Assembly (NCBI GenBank): GCA_965246885.1
Contig: OZ251992.1
Span: 512,001-576,000 of the forward strand
Length of the DNA: 64,000 bases
Direction of reading: 5' to 3'
DNA from: Abditibacterium sp.
GTDB lineage: Bacteria; Armatimonadota; Abditibacteriia; Abditibacteriales; Abditibacteriaceae
A model generated the notes under the pieces. That model was not told where the DNA came from, searched no databases, and saw only the letters and a list, made by a program, of their open reading frames with translations. Both the position numbers and the translations under genes were made by a program. Below are positions 27,110 through 36,690 of the stretch, piece after piece (position 1 is the first letter of the stretch; each line of letters opens with the position of its first letter).

Positions 27110-28027
27110 ATGAAAGTCGCCGACCTCGAAGAGCTATTCCGCCAACACAACCTGCAACGGCTAATTCCCCACCTGCCCGCGCTCGCGCGTCCCTCGATTC
27201 GGCTCCTTGAAACCGAGGACGTGGTGAGCGTGGGTTTGTCGCGTTTAGGCGGATTGCCGGAGGCGCCCGCAGGTTTCGTGTGGCCGCGCGTGCGCGATTG
27301 TTCCCCAGAATACTTGGGCGAAGGCGCCGACCCCGACGCGCCGCTCGCATTTTTGGGGCAGTTGAACTGGGCGCAGCTTAAACCGTTCGATGTCGAAAAT
27401 GTTTTGCCCGCGTCGGGCGGCGCGCTGTTCTTCGCGGGCTTTGGCGTGTGGTGCTACTTCGCAGCGTCGGTTGATTCGTTCGCGGCACCCGTCGCGGCCC
27501 CGACTGATTTGGCGAGCGTTCTGCCGGAATTACTTTTGGCGCCGCAGTTCGAGTGGACTCTCCCGGCTTACGGCTCGCACGGCACAATTGGGGGTGGAGA
27601 TATACGGAACTGCTTTGCCGATGTGTTCGCGCCCGAAACCGAGTTTTTGGAACTCAGCCGCGATGAGCAAGACGCCTATGACAAAGTGCGAGAGAGTCTT
27701 TCCCAACCTGAAAGGCGCCACATTCACCGCGTTTTGGGGCACCCTAACTACGAGCAAAACCCAATGGTCCTTGACTTAGAACGACAGGCGCGCGGTCTGA
27801 AACTCGACTACGAAACATACTCTACGCTGTGCGAGCCAGACGCGCCCCTCACCGTTGAACTCAAACAGCAAGCCGTCGAATCGAACTGGCAACTGGCGTT
27901 TCAGGTCGCGTGCTTCTGCGACGACGACGAACTCTGGGGCGACGGCGGCACTTACTACTTCTGGAACCGCGCCTGCGAGTTGCAACTCCCCCAACCTCGC
28001 TTTATCGGCGACGGGCAATGTGGCTAA
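27110..28027 (+). CDS. DUF1963/YwqG-like protein
   Basis: SRLGGLP...WP, PLAFLGQLN, HRVLGHP..EQ, WGDGG..YF. Confidence 0.8.
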   Translation: MKVADLEELFRQHNLQRLIPHLPALARPSIRLLETEDVVSVGLSRLGGLPEAPAGFVWPRVRDCSPEYLGEGADPDAPLAFLGQLNWAQLKPFDVENVLPASGGALFFAGFGVWCYFAASVDSFAAPVAAPTDLASVLPELLLAPQFEWTLPAYGSHGTIGGGDIRNCFADVFAPETEFLELSRDEQDAYDKVRESLSQPERRHIHRVLGHPNYEQNPMVLDLERQARGLKLDYETYSTLCEPDAPLTVELKQQAVESNWQLAFQVACFCDDDELWGDGGTYYFWNRACELQLPQPRFIGDGQCG

Positions 28028-28048
28028 AACGGCGCGTCCGCGCGGCGT

Positions 28049-30328
28049 GTGCTAAACCCCAAGGACATCATGCTCGAAAAAGCCCGCGCTCTTGGAATGA
28101 CCGACGCCGAATACTCGCGCGTCACTGACACCCTGCAACGGGAACCGACGGCGACCGAATTAGCCATGATTTCGGTCGAGTGGAGCGAACACTGCGGCTA
28201 CCCGCGCTCCAAGAACCTGCTGCGCCTCCTGCCCAAAGACGGGCACTACGCTTCGATTGCGGGCGCGGACACGGGCGGCATCGAAGTCGAGCCGGGGTTA
28301 ACCGTTGTGTTCAAGATGGAATCGCACAACCACCCCTCGCAGGTCGAGCCGCGTCAGGGCGCAGCGACGGGGATTGGCGGCATCGTGCGCGACATCTTCA
28401 CCGTTGGCGCGCGGCCCATCGCCAACCTCAACTCCTTGCGCTTTGGCCTGCTCGACGACCCGCAACACGGCGCTAAGGCGCGCTACTTGTTCGGCGGCGT
28501 CGTGGACGGGATTTCCTTTTACGGCAACGCGATGGGCATACCCTGCGTCGCGGGCGAGGTCGCGTTCAACCCCAGTTATCGGGGCAACTGCTTGGTCGGC
28601 GCCATGAGCGTAGGCGTCGTCGCGTCCGATGCCATCGCGTCGAGCGCCGCGCAGGGGACGGGCAACCCCGTGATGTACTTCGGCAACGCGACGGGACGCG
28701 ACGGGATTGGCGGGTGTTCCATCCTCGCCTCGCATGAGATGAGCGACCTCGCCGCGCGCCCGACAGTTCAGGTCGGCGACCCGTTCTCCGAGAAGTGTTT
28801 GCTCGAAGCGACGCTCGAAGCCTTGGCCACCGGCGCAATGGTTTCGATGAAGGACATGGGCGCGGCGGGGCTGACTTGCACCACCTGCGAGCAGGCGGCG
28901 GACGGGATGCACCAGTTCGGCGAAAAAGTCGGCATGGACATCAACCTCGACTTCGTGCCCCTGCGCGAGACCGACATGGAAGCCTTCGAGATCATGATGA
29001 GCGAGTCGCAAGAGAGGATGCTGGGCGTCGTCCAGCGCGGGCGCGAAGCGGAAATCATCGCCATTTTCCAAAAGTGGAACACCAACGCCGCCGTCATCGG
29101 GCGCGTCACCAACGACGGCAACATCACCATCCGGCGGCACGGCGAAGTCGTCGCCAAGCTCGACGCCCTGTTTTTGGCCGACGCGCCGCGCTACGACCTG
29201 CCGCAGACCGAACCCGCCTATTTGCGCGAGCGCCACGCTTTCGACTTCAACCAACTGCCGCTTCCCAACGACTACAGCGCCGTGTTCTGGCAGTTGCTGA
29301 GCGCGCCTAACATCGCTTCCAAGGAGTGGGTGTATTCCCAATACGACCACATGGTCGGCACCAACACCGTCGTGCGCCCCGGCGAAGGCGACGCGGCGGT
29401 GCTGCGTCTCAAAGACTCGAAAGTCGGCAAGGGCTTGGCCGTCAAAGCGGACTGCAACTCGCGCTACGTGTTCCTCAACCCCGAACGCGGCGCGCAAATC
29501 GCCGTCGCCGAGTGCGCGCGCAACCTCGTCTGTGTCGGCGCGGAACCGGCGGGCGTCACGGACTGTTTGTGCTTTGGCAACCCCGAAAAGCCCGATCGCT
29601 TTTGGACTTTTGCGCGCGCCATCGACGGCATCGCCCGCGCTTGCCGCCACTTCCGCGTGCCCGTCGTGTCGGGCAACGTGTCGTTGTATAACGAGTCGCC
29701 CGACTCGGCGATTCATCCCTCGCCTCTCATCGGCATGGTCGGCGTCTTGCAAGACGTGAAGCAGCACATGGGTATGGGCCTGCGGCGCGACGGCGACTTG
29801 ATCATTCTCTTGGGGGATACGCGCGACGAATTGGGCGGGTCGGAATACCTTTTCACAACGCATGGCTTGGAAGAGGGCGACTGTCCCGCGCTTGATTTAG
29901 ACCGTGAACTGAACGTGCAGCGCCTCACCCTCGCGGCGATTCGGCGCGGCCTGATTCAATCGGCGCACGACTGCTCGGATGGCGGCTTGGCCATTGCGCT
30001 CGCGGAAATGTGCATCGCCGGAGAAGTCGGCGCTTCCATCGAACTGCCCGCCGAAGCCGAAGCCAGCCCCAATATCCGACTGGACGCGCTCCTCTTCGGC
30101 GAATCGCAAAGCCGCATCGTCGTCAGCATCGCGCGCGAAAGTTTGGAATCTCTTCGCACAATGGCCCGCCAAATCGGTGTCCCCTTCGCGTATCTGGGCA
30201 CCGTCGGCGGCGAGCGGTTCACGCTCGCCGACAACCGTATGGGCTTCTTGCGCCCGCTTATCAACTTGCCCATCACCGAAATGACCGGCGCTTATCGCGG
30301 CGCCATCGGGCGCATCATGAGCAAGTGA
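28049..30328 (+). CDS. purL: FGAM synthase large subunit
   Basis: WSEHC, ESHNHPS, GAATG.GGIVRD, DMGAAG, MSESQERM, SGNVSLYN, HDCSDGG. Confidence 0.97.
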   Translation: MLNPKDIMLEKARALGMTDAEYSRVTDTLQREPTATELAMISVEWSEHCGYPRSKNLLRLLPKDGHYASIAGADTGGIEVEPGLTVVFKMESHNHPSQVEPRQGAATGIGGIVRDIFTVGARPIANLNSLRFGLLDDPQHGAKARYLFGGVVDGISFYGNAMGIPCVAGEVAFNPSYRGNCLVGAMSVGVVASDAIASSAAQGTGNPVMYFGNATGRDGIGGCSILASHEMSDLAARPTVQVGDPFSEKCLLEATLEALATGAMVSMKDMGAAGLTCTTCEQAADGMHQFGEKVGMDINLDFVPLRETDMEAFEIMMSESQERMLGVVQRGREAEIIAIFQKWNTNAAVIGRVTNDGNITIRRHGEVVAKLDALFLADAPRYDLPQTEPAYLRERHAFDFNQLPLPNDYSAVFWQLLSAPNIASKEWVYSQYDHMVGTNTVVRPGEGDAAVLRLKDSKVGKGLAVKADCNSRYVFLNPERGAQIAVAECARNLVCVGAEPAGVTDCLCFGNPEKPDRFWTFARAIDGIARACRHFRVPVVSGNVSLYNESPDSAIHPSPLIGMVGVLQDVKQHMGMGLRRDGDLIILLGDTRDELGGSEYLFTTHGLEEGDCPALDLDRELNVQRLTLAAIRRGLIQSAHDCSDGGLAIALAEMCIAGEVGASIELPAEAEASPNIRLDALLFGESQSRIVVSIARESLESLRTMARQIGVPFAYLGTVGGERFTLADNRMGFLRPLINLPITEMTGAYRGAIGRIMSK

Positions 30329-30348
30329 GCGGGAAGCGTTGACATGGG

Positions 30349-30495
30349 CCGGTGAGCCGTTCACCGCCCTCTGTCCCTCCAGCGCCGGGCCGCGCGAACC
30401 AACGGCGCGGCGCGGCGAACCGTTCACCGGGGTGCGTGACTCATCCGCCGGGGTGCGTGGAAGCCTCCCGCGCCCCGGCGGAGCGTTCCCCCGCA
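30349..30495. repeat. Degenerate 21-bp-period array between convergent purL and recN
   Basis: CCGTTCACCG recurs 63 bp apart and CCGGGGTGCGTG recurs 21 bp apart. Confidence 0.5.
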
Positions 30496-32174
30496 TCGCT
30501 GAGCAGTTCGCGCGCGTGCCCCAAGTTCGCCTTGGACTCGCTGCCCATCATGCGCGCCAGTTCGACGACGCGGTTGTCGCCAACGAGCGGCACGACCGAC
30601 ACGCTGGTAAAGTCGCGGCCCGATTGCTTTTCGACGCGGAAGTGGTGGTCGGCGCGCTTGGCAATTTGCGGCAGGTGCGTGATGCAAAAAACTTGGTGGC
30701 CGCGCGCGATTTCTTGCATCTTTTCGCCGACTTTTTCCGCCGTGAGGCCGCCGATGCCGGTATCTACTTCGTCGAACACGACGATGGGCACGCCCGCGTC
30801 GTCATCGTCGGAGCCGCGTTTGTCGCGCAGGACGGAGCGAAGCGCGAGCATGACGCGCGAAATCTCGCCGCCCGACGCGATCTTGGCGAGGGGGCGCACC
30901 TCTTGGCCGGGGTTGGCGGAAAAGAGGAACTCGACCTTGTCCACGCCATCGTTCGAGCCGTTCTCGACGCGCCCGAAACCGATTTCAAGGCGCGCTTTGT
31001 CCATCGCCAAGCCACCTAACTCCGCGACGACGGCACTTGTAAACGCTTTGGCGAGCTTGTGGCGGGCGGCGGACAGCTTTTCGGCGTGCGCGAAGAACTC
31101 GGCGCGCAGCTTCTCGACTTCGGCTTTGAGTTGGCCAATTTGCTCATCGGACAGCGTGAGCGCCGCCATTTCGGTTTCGATGGCGGCGCGGTGTTCGAGG
31201 ACATCGGCCACGCTCGCGCCGTATTTGCGCTTCAAGCGGCCCAGCTTGTAAAGGCGCGCTTCGATCTCTTCCAAGCGGTGCGGGTCGGCGTCGAGCGAGT
31301 CGGCGTAATCGCGCGCGCTTTGGGCGGCGTCCTCGATTTCCAAGAGGGCGCTTTGCAGTTGGTCGGCCCAAACGGAAACGGCGCCGTCGAAGGCTTGAAT
31401 TTCTCTCGCGGATTTGAGGGCACGCTGGCCGAGCGAAACCGCGCCCGGTTCGTCGTCGCCCAAGAGCAAGTCGCGGCACAGCGCGGCGGCACTGCGCAGC
31501 TTCTCGGAGTTGGTTAATTTGGCTCGCTCCTCGTCCAAGCCCTCGTCTTCGCCCGCTTGCAGTTTGGCTTTGTCTATCTCCCCGGCTTGGAACTGGAGCA
31601 TGTCGAGGCGCTGGGCGCGGGCCTGTTCGTCGCGCGAGATTTCGTCCAAGCGGCGGCTCGCGTCGCGCCACGCGCGGTAAGCCTCGCGGGTCTTTGCGCG
31701 CAGTTGCCCATGCTTCGCGTCGCCAAAAGCGTCCAAAAATCCAAGGTGCGCTTCGGGGCGCAAGAGGTGCTGATTGGCGTGCTGACCGTGAAAGTCCACC
31801 AGCAGTTCGCCCAAGGCCGCGAGGGTTTGCGCCGTCGCCATGCGCCCGTTGAGGCGCACCTTGGAGCGCCCGCTCCGCTCGACTTCGCGCGCGATAATGA
31901 GGGAGTTGTCGTCGCTTTCTAATCCTTGCTCTTCCAAAAAGCGGCGCGCGCGGGGGGCATCGGACAGGTCGAAGGCGCCCTCGACGACGGCGCGCTCACT
32001 CCCGCGTCCAACGCTGTCGCCTGTTGCGCGGTTGCCGAGCAAGAGGCCGAAGGCGGCGATAAGGATGGACTTTCCGGCGCCAGTTTCGCCGGTCAGGACG
32101 TTGAAGCCGTCCCCCGGCGCGATTTCGGCGCGTTCAACGAGGGCGAAATTGGAAATGCGGAGTTCTTGCAGCAT
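30441..32174 (-). CDS. recN: DNA repair protein RecN
   Basis: LTGETGAGKS, ASGGEISR.ML, FDEVD.GIGG, ITHLPQ. Confidence 0.96.
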   Translation of the reverse strand: MLQELRISNFALVERAEIAPGDGFNVLTGETGAGKSILIAAFGLLLGNRATGDSVGRGSERAVVEGAFDLSDAPRARRFLEEQGLESDDNSLIIAREVERSGRSKVRLNGRMATAQTLAALGELLVDFHGQHANQHLLRPEAHLGFLDAFGDAKHGQLRAKTREAYRAWRDASRRLDEISRDEQARAQRLDMLQFQAGEIDKAKLQAGEDEGLDEERAKLTNSEKLRSAAALCRDLLLGDDEPGAVSLGQRALKSAREIQAFDGAVSVWADQLQSALLEIEDAAQSARDYADSLDADPHRLEEIEARLYKLGRLKRKYGASVADVLEHRAAIETEMAALTLSDEQIGQLKAEVEKLRAEFFAHAEKLSAARHKLAKAFTSAVVAELGGLAMDKARLEIGFGRVENGSNDGVDKVEFLFSANPGQEVRPLAKIASGGEISRVMLALRSVLRDKRGSDDDDAGVPIVVFDEVDTGIGGLTAEKVGEKMQEIARGHQVFCITHLPQIAKRADHHFRVEKQSGRDFTSVSVVPLVGDNRVVELARMMGSESKANLGHARELLSDAGERSAGAREASTHPGG

Positions 32175-32216
32175 CGAGCCAATTCTGGACGCGAAACGCC
32201 CCGCTAAGGCGCCGCA

Positions 32217-33893
32217 TTATTCGGCCCACACTTTGGCTTCGATGAAGATGGCGAGCAGGTCGGCGTCCAACTTCCCGGCGCGCGCTTCGATGCGCAACAC
32301 TTCGAGGGCGCCCTCGTTCGAGAGGGCGCGGCGATACGGGCGGTCGCTGGCGGTCAGGGCGTCGAAGACATCGGCGATGGCCATCATGCGAGCGCCAAGC
32401 GGAATGGCGTCGCCTGACAGTCCAAGTGGGTAGCCGCTGCCGTCCATCCGCTCGTGGTGCGCTTGGGCGATGGCGGGCACGGATTCGAGGCCGCGCGTCC
32501 AAGGAATTTGGCGCAGGAACTCCCACGACATCTGGGCGTGGTCTTGGATTTGACGGAACTCGCCCACTGTCAAGGTGCCGCGCCGCACGCCCAGCGCGGC
32601 GACTTCCTCTTCTTTGAGGAGCGGGCGCGCTTGGCCGCTCGCGTCGCAAACGCGCAAAGCGCGCAAACGGTCGAGGGCCGCCAACCCGTCGCACCAGTCC
32701 CGTTCCGAAAGCGGCGCGGGCGGGGCGTTGAGAACTCCCAGCCAGCGCACATCGTTCTCGAACGCTTCGCGCTCGGCGCGGGCGCCACTTTCCAAAGCGT
32801 CCAAGTGCGCGACCTTTTCGCTATGGGACAGCGATTCGTCGCGCCACAGCGCCAGTTTTTGCTGACTCACGTCGGCTTCGCGGCGCGCGCAGAAGACGGC
32901 CACGCGGCTTTGCAGCGCTTCAAACTGGCTGGCCTCGATTTTTTGGTCTTTGGTGAGGATGGCCTCGCGCACGCCGATTTTGCCAAAGTCGTGGAGCAAG
33001 GCGGCGTAGCGCAGTTCGCGCATTTGCAGCGCCGAAAAGAAGGAGTCGGCGTAGGGGCCGTCGGCGGTGTCGTGAACGGCGAGGGCAAGGGCGAGTGTTA
33101 GCTGCGTGACGCGGCGCGAGTGGCCCGAAGTCGAGGGATCGCGGTCTTCAATGGCGCTGGAGGAAGCGACGACGAACGACTCGAACAACTCTTCGATGCC
33201 GCGCAACAGCAAGTTGTTGTTGAGCGCGACGGCGGCTTGCGAGGCGAGGGTGCGCGCCAGTTCGATGCTTTCGGGGTCAAAGCCCACGACTTCGCGCTCG
33301 ATTGTGGCCCAATCGCACAAAGCGGCGCTTTTGTGCCTTTTGCGGTTGATTAACTGGAGCACGCCGATGGTGTCGCCGTTGTGATCGCGCAGGGGCACGA
33401 CGAGGACGGACTTGGTGCGGTAGCCGTGTTCTTGGTCGAAACGGGCATTGAACTGAAACGGGGCGCCATCGGGGAGGTGATAGACGTCATCGAAGCACAG
33501 CACCTCGCCCGACAAGGCGGAGTATCCGGCAAGGCTGTCGGCGCCAACGGCGAAGCTCATGCCTTGGTCAACGGTGATGGAGTCGTTCTGGGCGGCGCGG
33601 AAAAAGAGTTTCTTGTCGCCCTCGCCATCGTCTTCGACGATGTAGAGTGTACCGCCATCGCAGCCGGTCAGTTCGCGGGCGGCGGTGAGAATCATGGCCA
33701 ACAAGCGCGCGATGTCGCGCTCGGCGGAGAGAGCGAGGCCGATTTGCGACAGGTAGCGCAAGCGCCGCGTGGCGAGTTGCTCCTGCGAGAGCGCGGGGTC
33801 GGGCGTTTGGGTGGCCCGCTCGACGGCGCGCTCAAACACCGGCGAGATTTCGTCGGAAGGAAGAGGGCGGGTTAATACGGCGGACGAGTTCAC
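32217..33893 (-). CDS. GAF + HD-GYP phosphodiesterase
   Basis: GAF domain (GVLQLIN), LHDFGKIG, HHERMDGSGYP, DVFDALTASDRPY; start approximate. Confidence 0.9.
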   Translation of the reverse strand: MNSSAVLTRPLPSDEISPVFERAVERATQTPDPALSQEQLATRRLRYLSQIGLALSAERDIARLLAMILTAARELTGCDGGTLYIVEDDGEGDKKLFFRAAQNDSITVDQGMSFAVGADSLAGYSALSGEVLCFDDVYHLPDGAPFQFNARFDQEHGYRTKSVLVVPLRDHNGDTIGVLQLINRKRHKSAALCDWATIEREVVGFDPESIELARTLASQAAVALNNNLLLRGIEELFESFVVASSSAIEDRDPSTSGHSRRVTQLTLALALAVHDTADGPYADSFFSALQMRELRYAALLHDFGKIGVREAILTKDQKIEASQFEALQSRVAVFCARREADVSQQKLALWRDESLSHSEKVAHLDALESGARAEREAFENDVRWLGVLNAPPAPLSERDWCDGLAALDRLRALRVCDASGQARPLLKEEEVAALGVRRGTLTVGEFRQIQDHAQMSWEFLRQIPWTRGLESVPAIAQAHHERMDGSGYPLGLSGDAIPLGARMMAIADVFDALTASDRPYRRALSNEGALEVLRIEARAGKLDADLLAIFIEAKVWAE

Positions 33894-33910
33894 GGCAAGG
33901 GTAACGGAGC

Positions 33911-34786
33911 CTACCCGCCCCAATTCATCTTCGAGCGCAAGCGCGCGTAGAACGAATCGGCGGGGTCGCGCAGCAACCGTGCCACCGCAGTGGCTCGCCG
34001 CACGCGCACTAAATCACCGGGACGTAAAGATACACCGACTTGACCATCAAGCGTGAGCAGCGTTGTGAGCGACGACTCCTGTATCTCGTCGCCTTCCCAC
34101 TCGGTCTGCACTTCGAGCAGTTCGTCCGGCCCCACCACGAACGGGCGCTGCGCGAGGGAGTGCGGACAAATCGGGCACACCAGCAGCAAAGGCACGTCCG
34201 GCGGCACAATCGGCCCGCCCGCCGACAGCGCGTAAGCCGTCGAGCCGGTCGGCGTCGAAACGACGAGGCCATCGGCGCGAATGGCCGCCACCACCTCGCC
34301 CCCCGCCGAAATGGACAAGCGCAGGATGCGCGCAAGCGCCGACTTTGCGACGACGGCGTCGTTCAAGGCCAAGCCCCCGCCGACATCCTCGCCGTCACGC
34401 CACACCCGCGCATCCAGCATCATCCGCTCCTCGACGTGAAACTCGCCGTCGAGTAAACGCTTGAAGTCGCGCTCCAAATCATCGGGCCGCACGGCGCTGA
34501 GGAACCCCAAGCGGCCCAAGTCAACGGCCCAGATGGGCGTGTTAAACGGCACCGCCGCGCGCGCCGCCGCCAACACGCCGCCATCGCCCGATAGGGTGCA
34601 AAGCACATCGCACGAGGCGACCTCTTCGGACAATGGACACCCGTCGCCGCCCAGTTCGCGCGGCGCGTGGTGCTCGACTTGCAAGTGCACTTCCAAGCCG
34701 CGCGCGCGCGCCCATCCCGCCAAGCTGGTCGCCAAGGTTGCCGCCCGTTCTTTGCCGGGGGCCGCGAAAATTCCAAGAGAACGCAT
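33911..34786 (-). CDS. nadK: NAD(+) kinase
   Basis: SGDG, G.LGFL, ALND, DGLVVSTPTGSTAY.LSAGGP. Confidence 0.93.
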   Translation of the reverse strand: MRSLGIFAAPGKERAATLATSLAGWARARGLEVHLQVEHHAPRELGGDGCPLSEEVASCDVLCTLSGDGGVLAAARAAVPFNTPIWAVDLGRLGFLSAVRPDDLERDFKRLLDGEFHVEERMMLDARVWRDGEDVGGGLALNDAVVAKSALARILRLSISAGGEVVAAIRADGLVVSTPTGSTAYALSAGGPIVPPDVPLLLVCPICPHSLAQRPFVVGPDELLEVQTEWEGDEIQESSLTTLLTLDGQVGVSLRPGDLVRVRRATAVARLLRDPADSFYARLRSKMNWGG

Positions 34787-34800
34787 GGTGGGGTCAGGGG

Positions 34801-36420
34801 TCAGCCGATGGGTGCCGCGTTTTTGAGGCGGTCGAGGTTGGCGCGGGCGCCGGGGTTGTTCGGGGCGACGTCAAGAGCCTGCGTGTAGGCTTCGAGAGCG
34901 CCCTTGCGGTCGCCGCGCGCTTCGAGCGTCACACCCAAGTCGTTCCACGCGTCGCCGTTTTTCGGATCGGCTTTGAGCAGGTCGTTGTAAGCAGTCAAGG
35001 CGCCCGCGTAATCTTTGTTGAGGTACAGCGCGCGGCCCAAGCCGGAGCGCGCTTCGCGGTCTTGGGGGGCAATTGCGAGCAGCTTTTTATACTCTTCGGC
35101 GGCTCTTTGATAATCCTTTTGGGTCAGGTAGTTGCTGGCCAAGCCGGAGTGAGCCGTTGCCGCGCGGGTGCGGGCCAAGGCGCGATTGACGGGGGCGCTG
35201 GCAGTTTTGAGTTGGGCCTCGGCTTGGGTCGCCAACTGCCCCCACTGTGCGTTGGACTCCTCGAACTTGTCTTGCGCGGCCAGCACGATGGCCAAGTTAA
35301 TCCGCGCATCGGGAAAGTTCGGCTCCAGTTTGAGCGCGTCGTTAAAGCGATTGATGGCGTCGTCAAAGTGCCCGCGCTTGAAGGCGATGCGCCCGATGTT
35401 GTTCTTGGTCGCGGCGTCTTGGGGGCGCAACTTCTCGGCGAGGGCATACTGGGCGAGAGCTTCATCGAAACTGGGCATGTGGTCGAGCGCCACCGCGAGG
35501 TTGAAGCGGCCCGTGAAGTCGTCGGGCTTCAATAAGACGTAGCGTTTGAGCACAGTTGTAGCATCGGCGTAGTGACCGGCTTTGAGGTGCAAATCGCCCA
35601 TTTGAAGCAAGGCGGGCGCGTTGGTGGGGTCGAGTTGCAAGAGGGTGCGCAGTTGGGCGGTGGCGTCGTCGGGGCGGCCCGCTTTGATGAGGGCGAGGGC
35701 GAACTTCCACGCGTAGTCGGGGTTTTTGGGCGCAAGCGTGACGGCGCGCTTCCAAGCGCCCAGCGCGCCTGCGGTGTTGCCGGTGTGCCCCAAGGCGTCG
35801 CCCAAGCCGTCTTGCACGCTGGCGTCTTGCGGGTTGGCGAGGGCGAGGGTCTTCAAGTGAGGGAGCGCCCCGGCGAAATTGGAGTCGGACAACAGCGCAA
35901 AGGCGAGGTTGTAGCGGGCGTCGGTGTAGGCCGGGTCGAGCGCTAAAGCGCCCTCGAAGGCGCGTTTGGCTTCGGGCAGTTGGCCTTTGTTCCAGCGCGC
36001 AAAGCCGATGTTGTTCAAAAGCTGGGCGCGGGAGTGAACGTCCAAGTTTTTGGCGTTGTCCTGCGCGCTTCCGAGGGCGGCGAGGGCGGCGTCCCACTGC
36101 TTTTGTTGCAAGCGGACAAAACCCAGAAACGACAGGGCGCCCGCATCGCCGGGAGATAATTGCGAAGCGCGCTCGAAGCTGGCGGCGGCGGCGTTCCAGT
36201 CGCTTTTCTTGAGGGCCGCGAGTCCGGCGTTATACGCGGCGGTGGCCAAACGCAGCCGCTCGGCATCGTCGGCAGGAGTAGCCGGAGCGGGGGTGGGCGG
36301 GGGCGCAGCTTTGGCCGCCGGGGTGGGCAGGGGAGCGGGAGGCGCGACCGGCGTCGTTTGCGCGAGGGCGACGGTTCCGAACAGGCAGAGAAAGCCCGAC
36401 AACACAACGAAAGTTTTCAT
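34801..36420 (-). CDS. Secreted tetratricopeptide-repeat protein
   Basis: Signal peptide, Pro-rich linker, many TPR-like repeats. Confidence 0.88.
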   Translation of the reverse strand: MKTFVVLSGFLCLFGTVALAQTTPVAPPAPLPTPAAKAAPPPTPAPATPADDAERLRLATAAYNAGLAALKKSDWNAAAASFERASQLSPGDAGALSFLGFVRLQQKQWDAALAALGSAQDNAKNLDVHSRAQLLNNIGFARWNKGQLPEAKRAFEGALALDPAYTDARYNLAFALLSDSNFAGALPHLKTLALANPQDASVQDGLGDALGHTGNTAGALGAWKRAVTLAPKNPDYAWKFALALIKAGRPDDATAQLRTLLQLDPTNAPALLQMGDLHLKAGHYADATTVLKRYVLLKPDDFTGRFNLAVALDHMPSFDEALAQYALAEKLRPQDAATKNNIGRIAFKRGHFDDAINRFNDALKLEPNFPDARINLAIVLAAQDKFEESNAQWGQLATQAEAQLKTASAPVNRALARTRAATAHSGLASNYLTQKDYQRAAEEYKKLLAIAPQDREARSGLGRALYLNKDYAGALTAYNDLLKADPKNGDAWNDLGVTLEARGDRKGALEAYTQALDVAPNNPGARANLDRLKNAAPIG

Positions 36421-36551
36421 TCAAAAAATGGCCTAATAAGATGGCGGCCCACCGAAAATTGCGGGCGCGCAAAAGTGTGGCTGATTTAGACGCTCCGTGC
36501 GGCCCGAAAGAGGTGAAGCGGCCAAAGAGTCGCCGCCCTCGGCGCTCCGGC

Positions 36552-36649
36552 GACAGACGTCCGCGCTCCAGTGACAGACGCCGGTGACGCGATGACAGAC
36601 GTCGGCGGACGACTGACGGACGTCTGTCACTGAAGCGCGGACGTCTGTC
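36552..36649. repeat. 29-bp inverted repeat with 21-bp-spaced GACAGACGTC cores
   Basis: Five cores at a 21-bp period; arms differ by 1 nt; same family as 5621-5752. Confidence 0.8.
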
Positions 36650-36690
36650 AAACGCAACGGGACGCCCGCGCCGGTGTCCAAGAGTGCCCG

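Noticed and set aside
25522..29863. Long antisense ORFs over pur genes (also over dnaA, mfd, dnaJ)
   Set aside because: Typical shadow ORFs of high-GC coding sequence.
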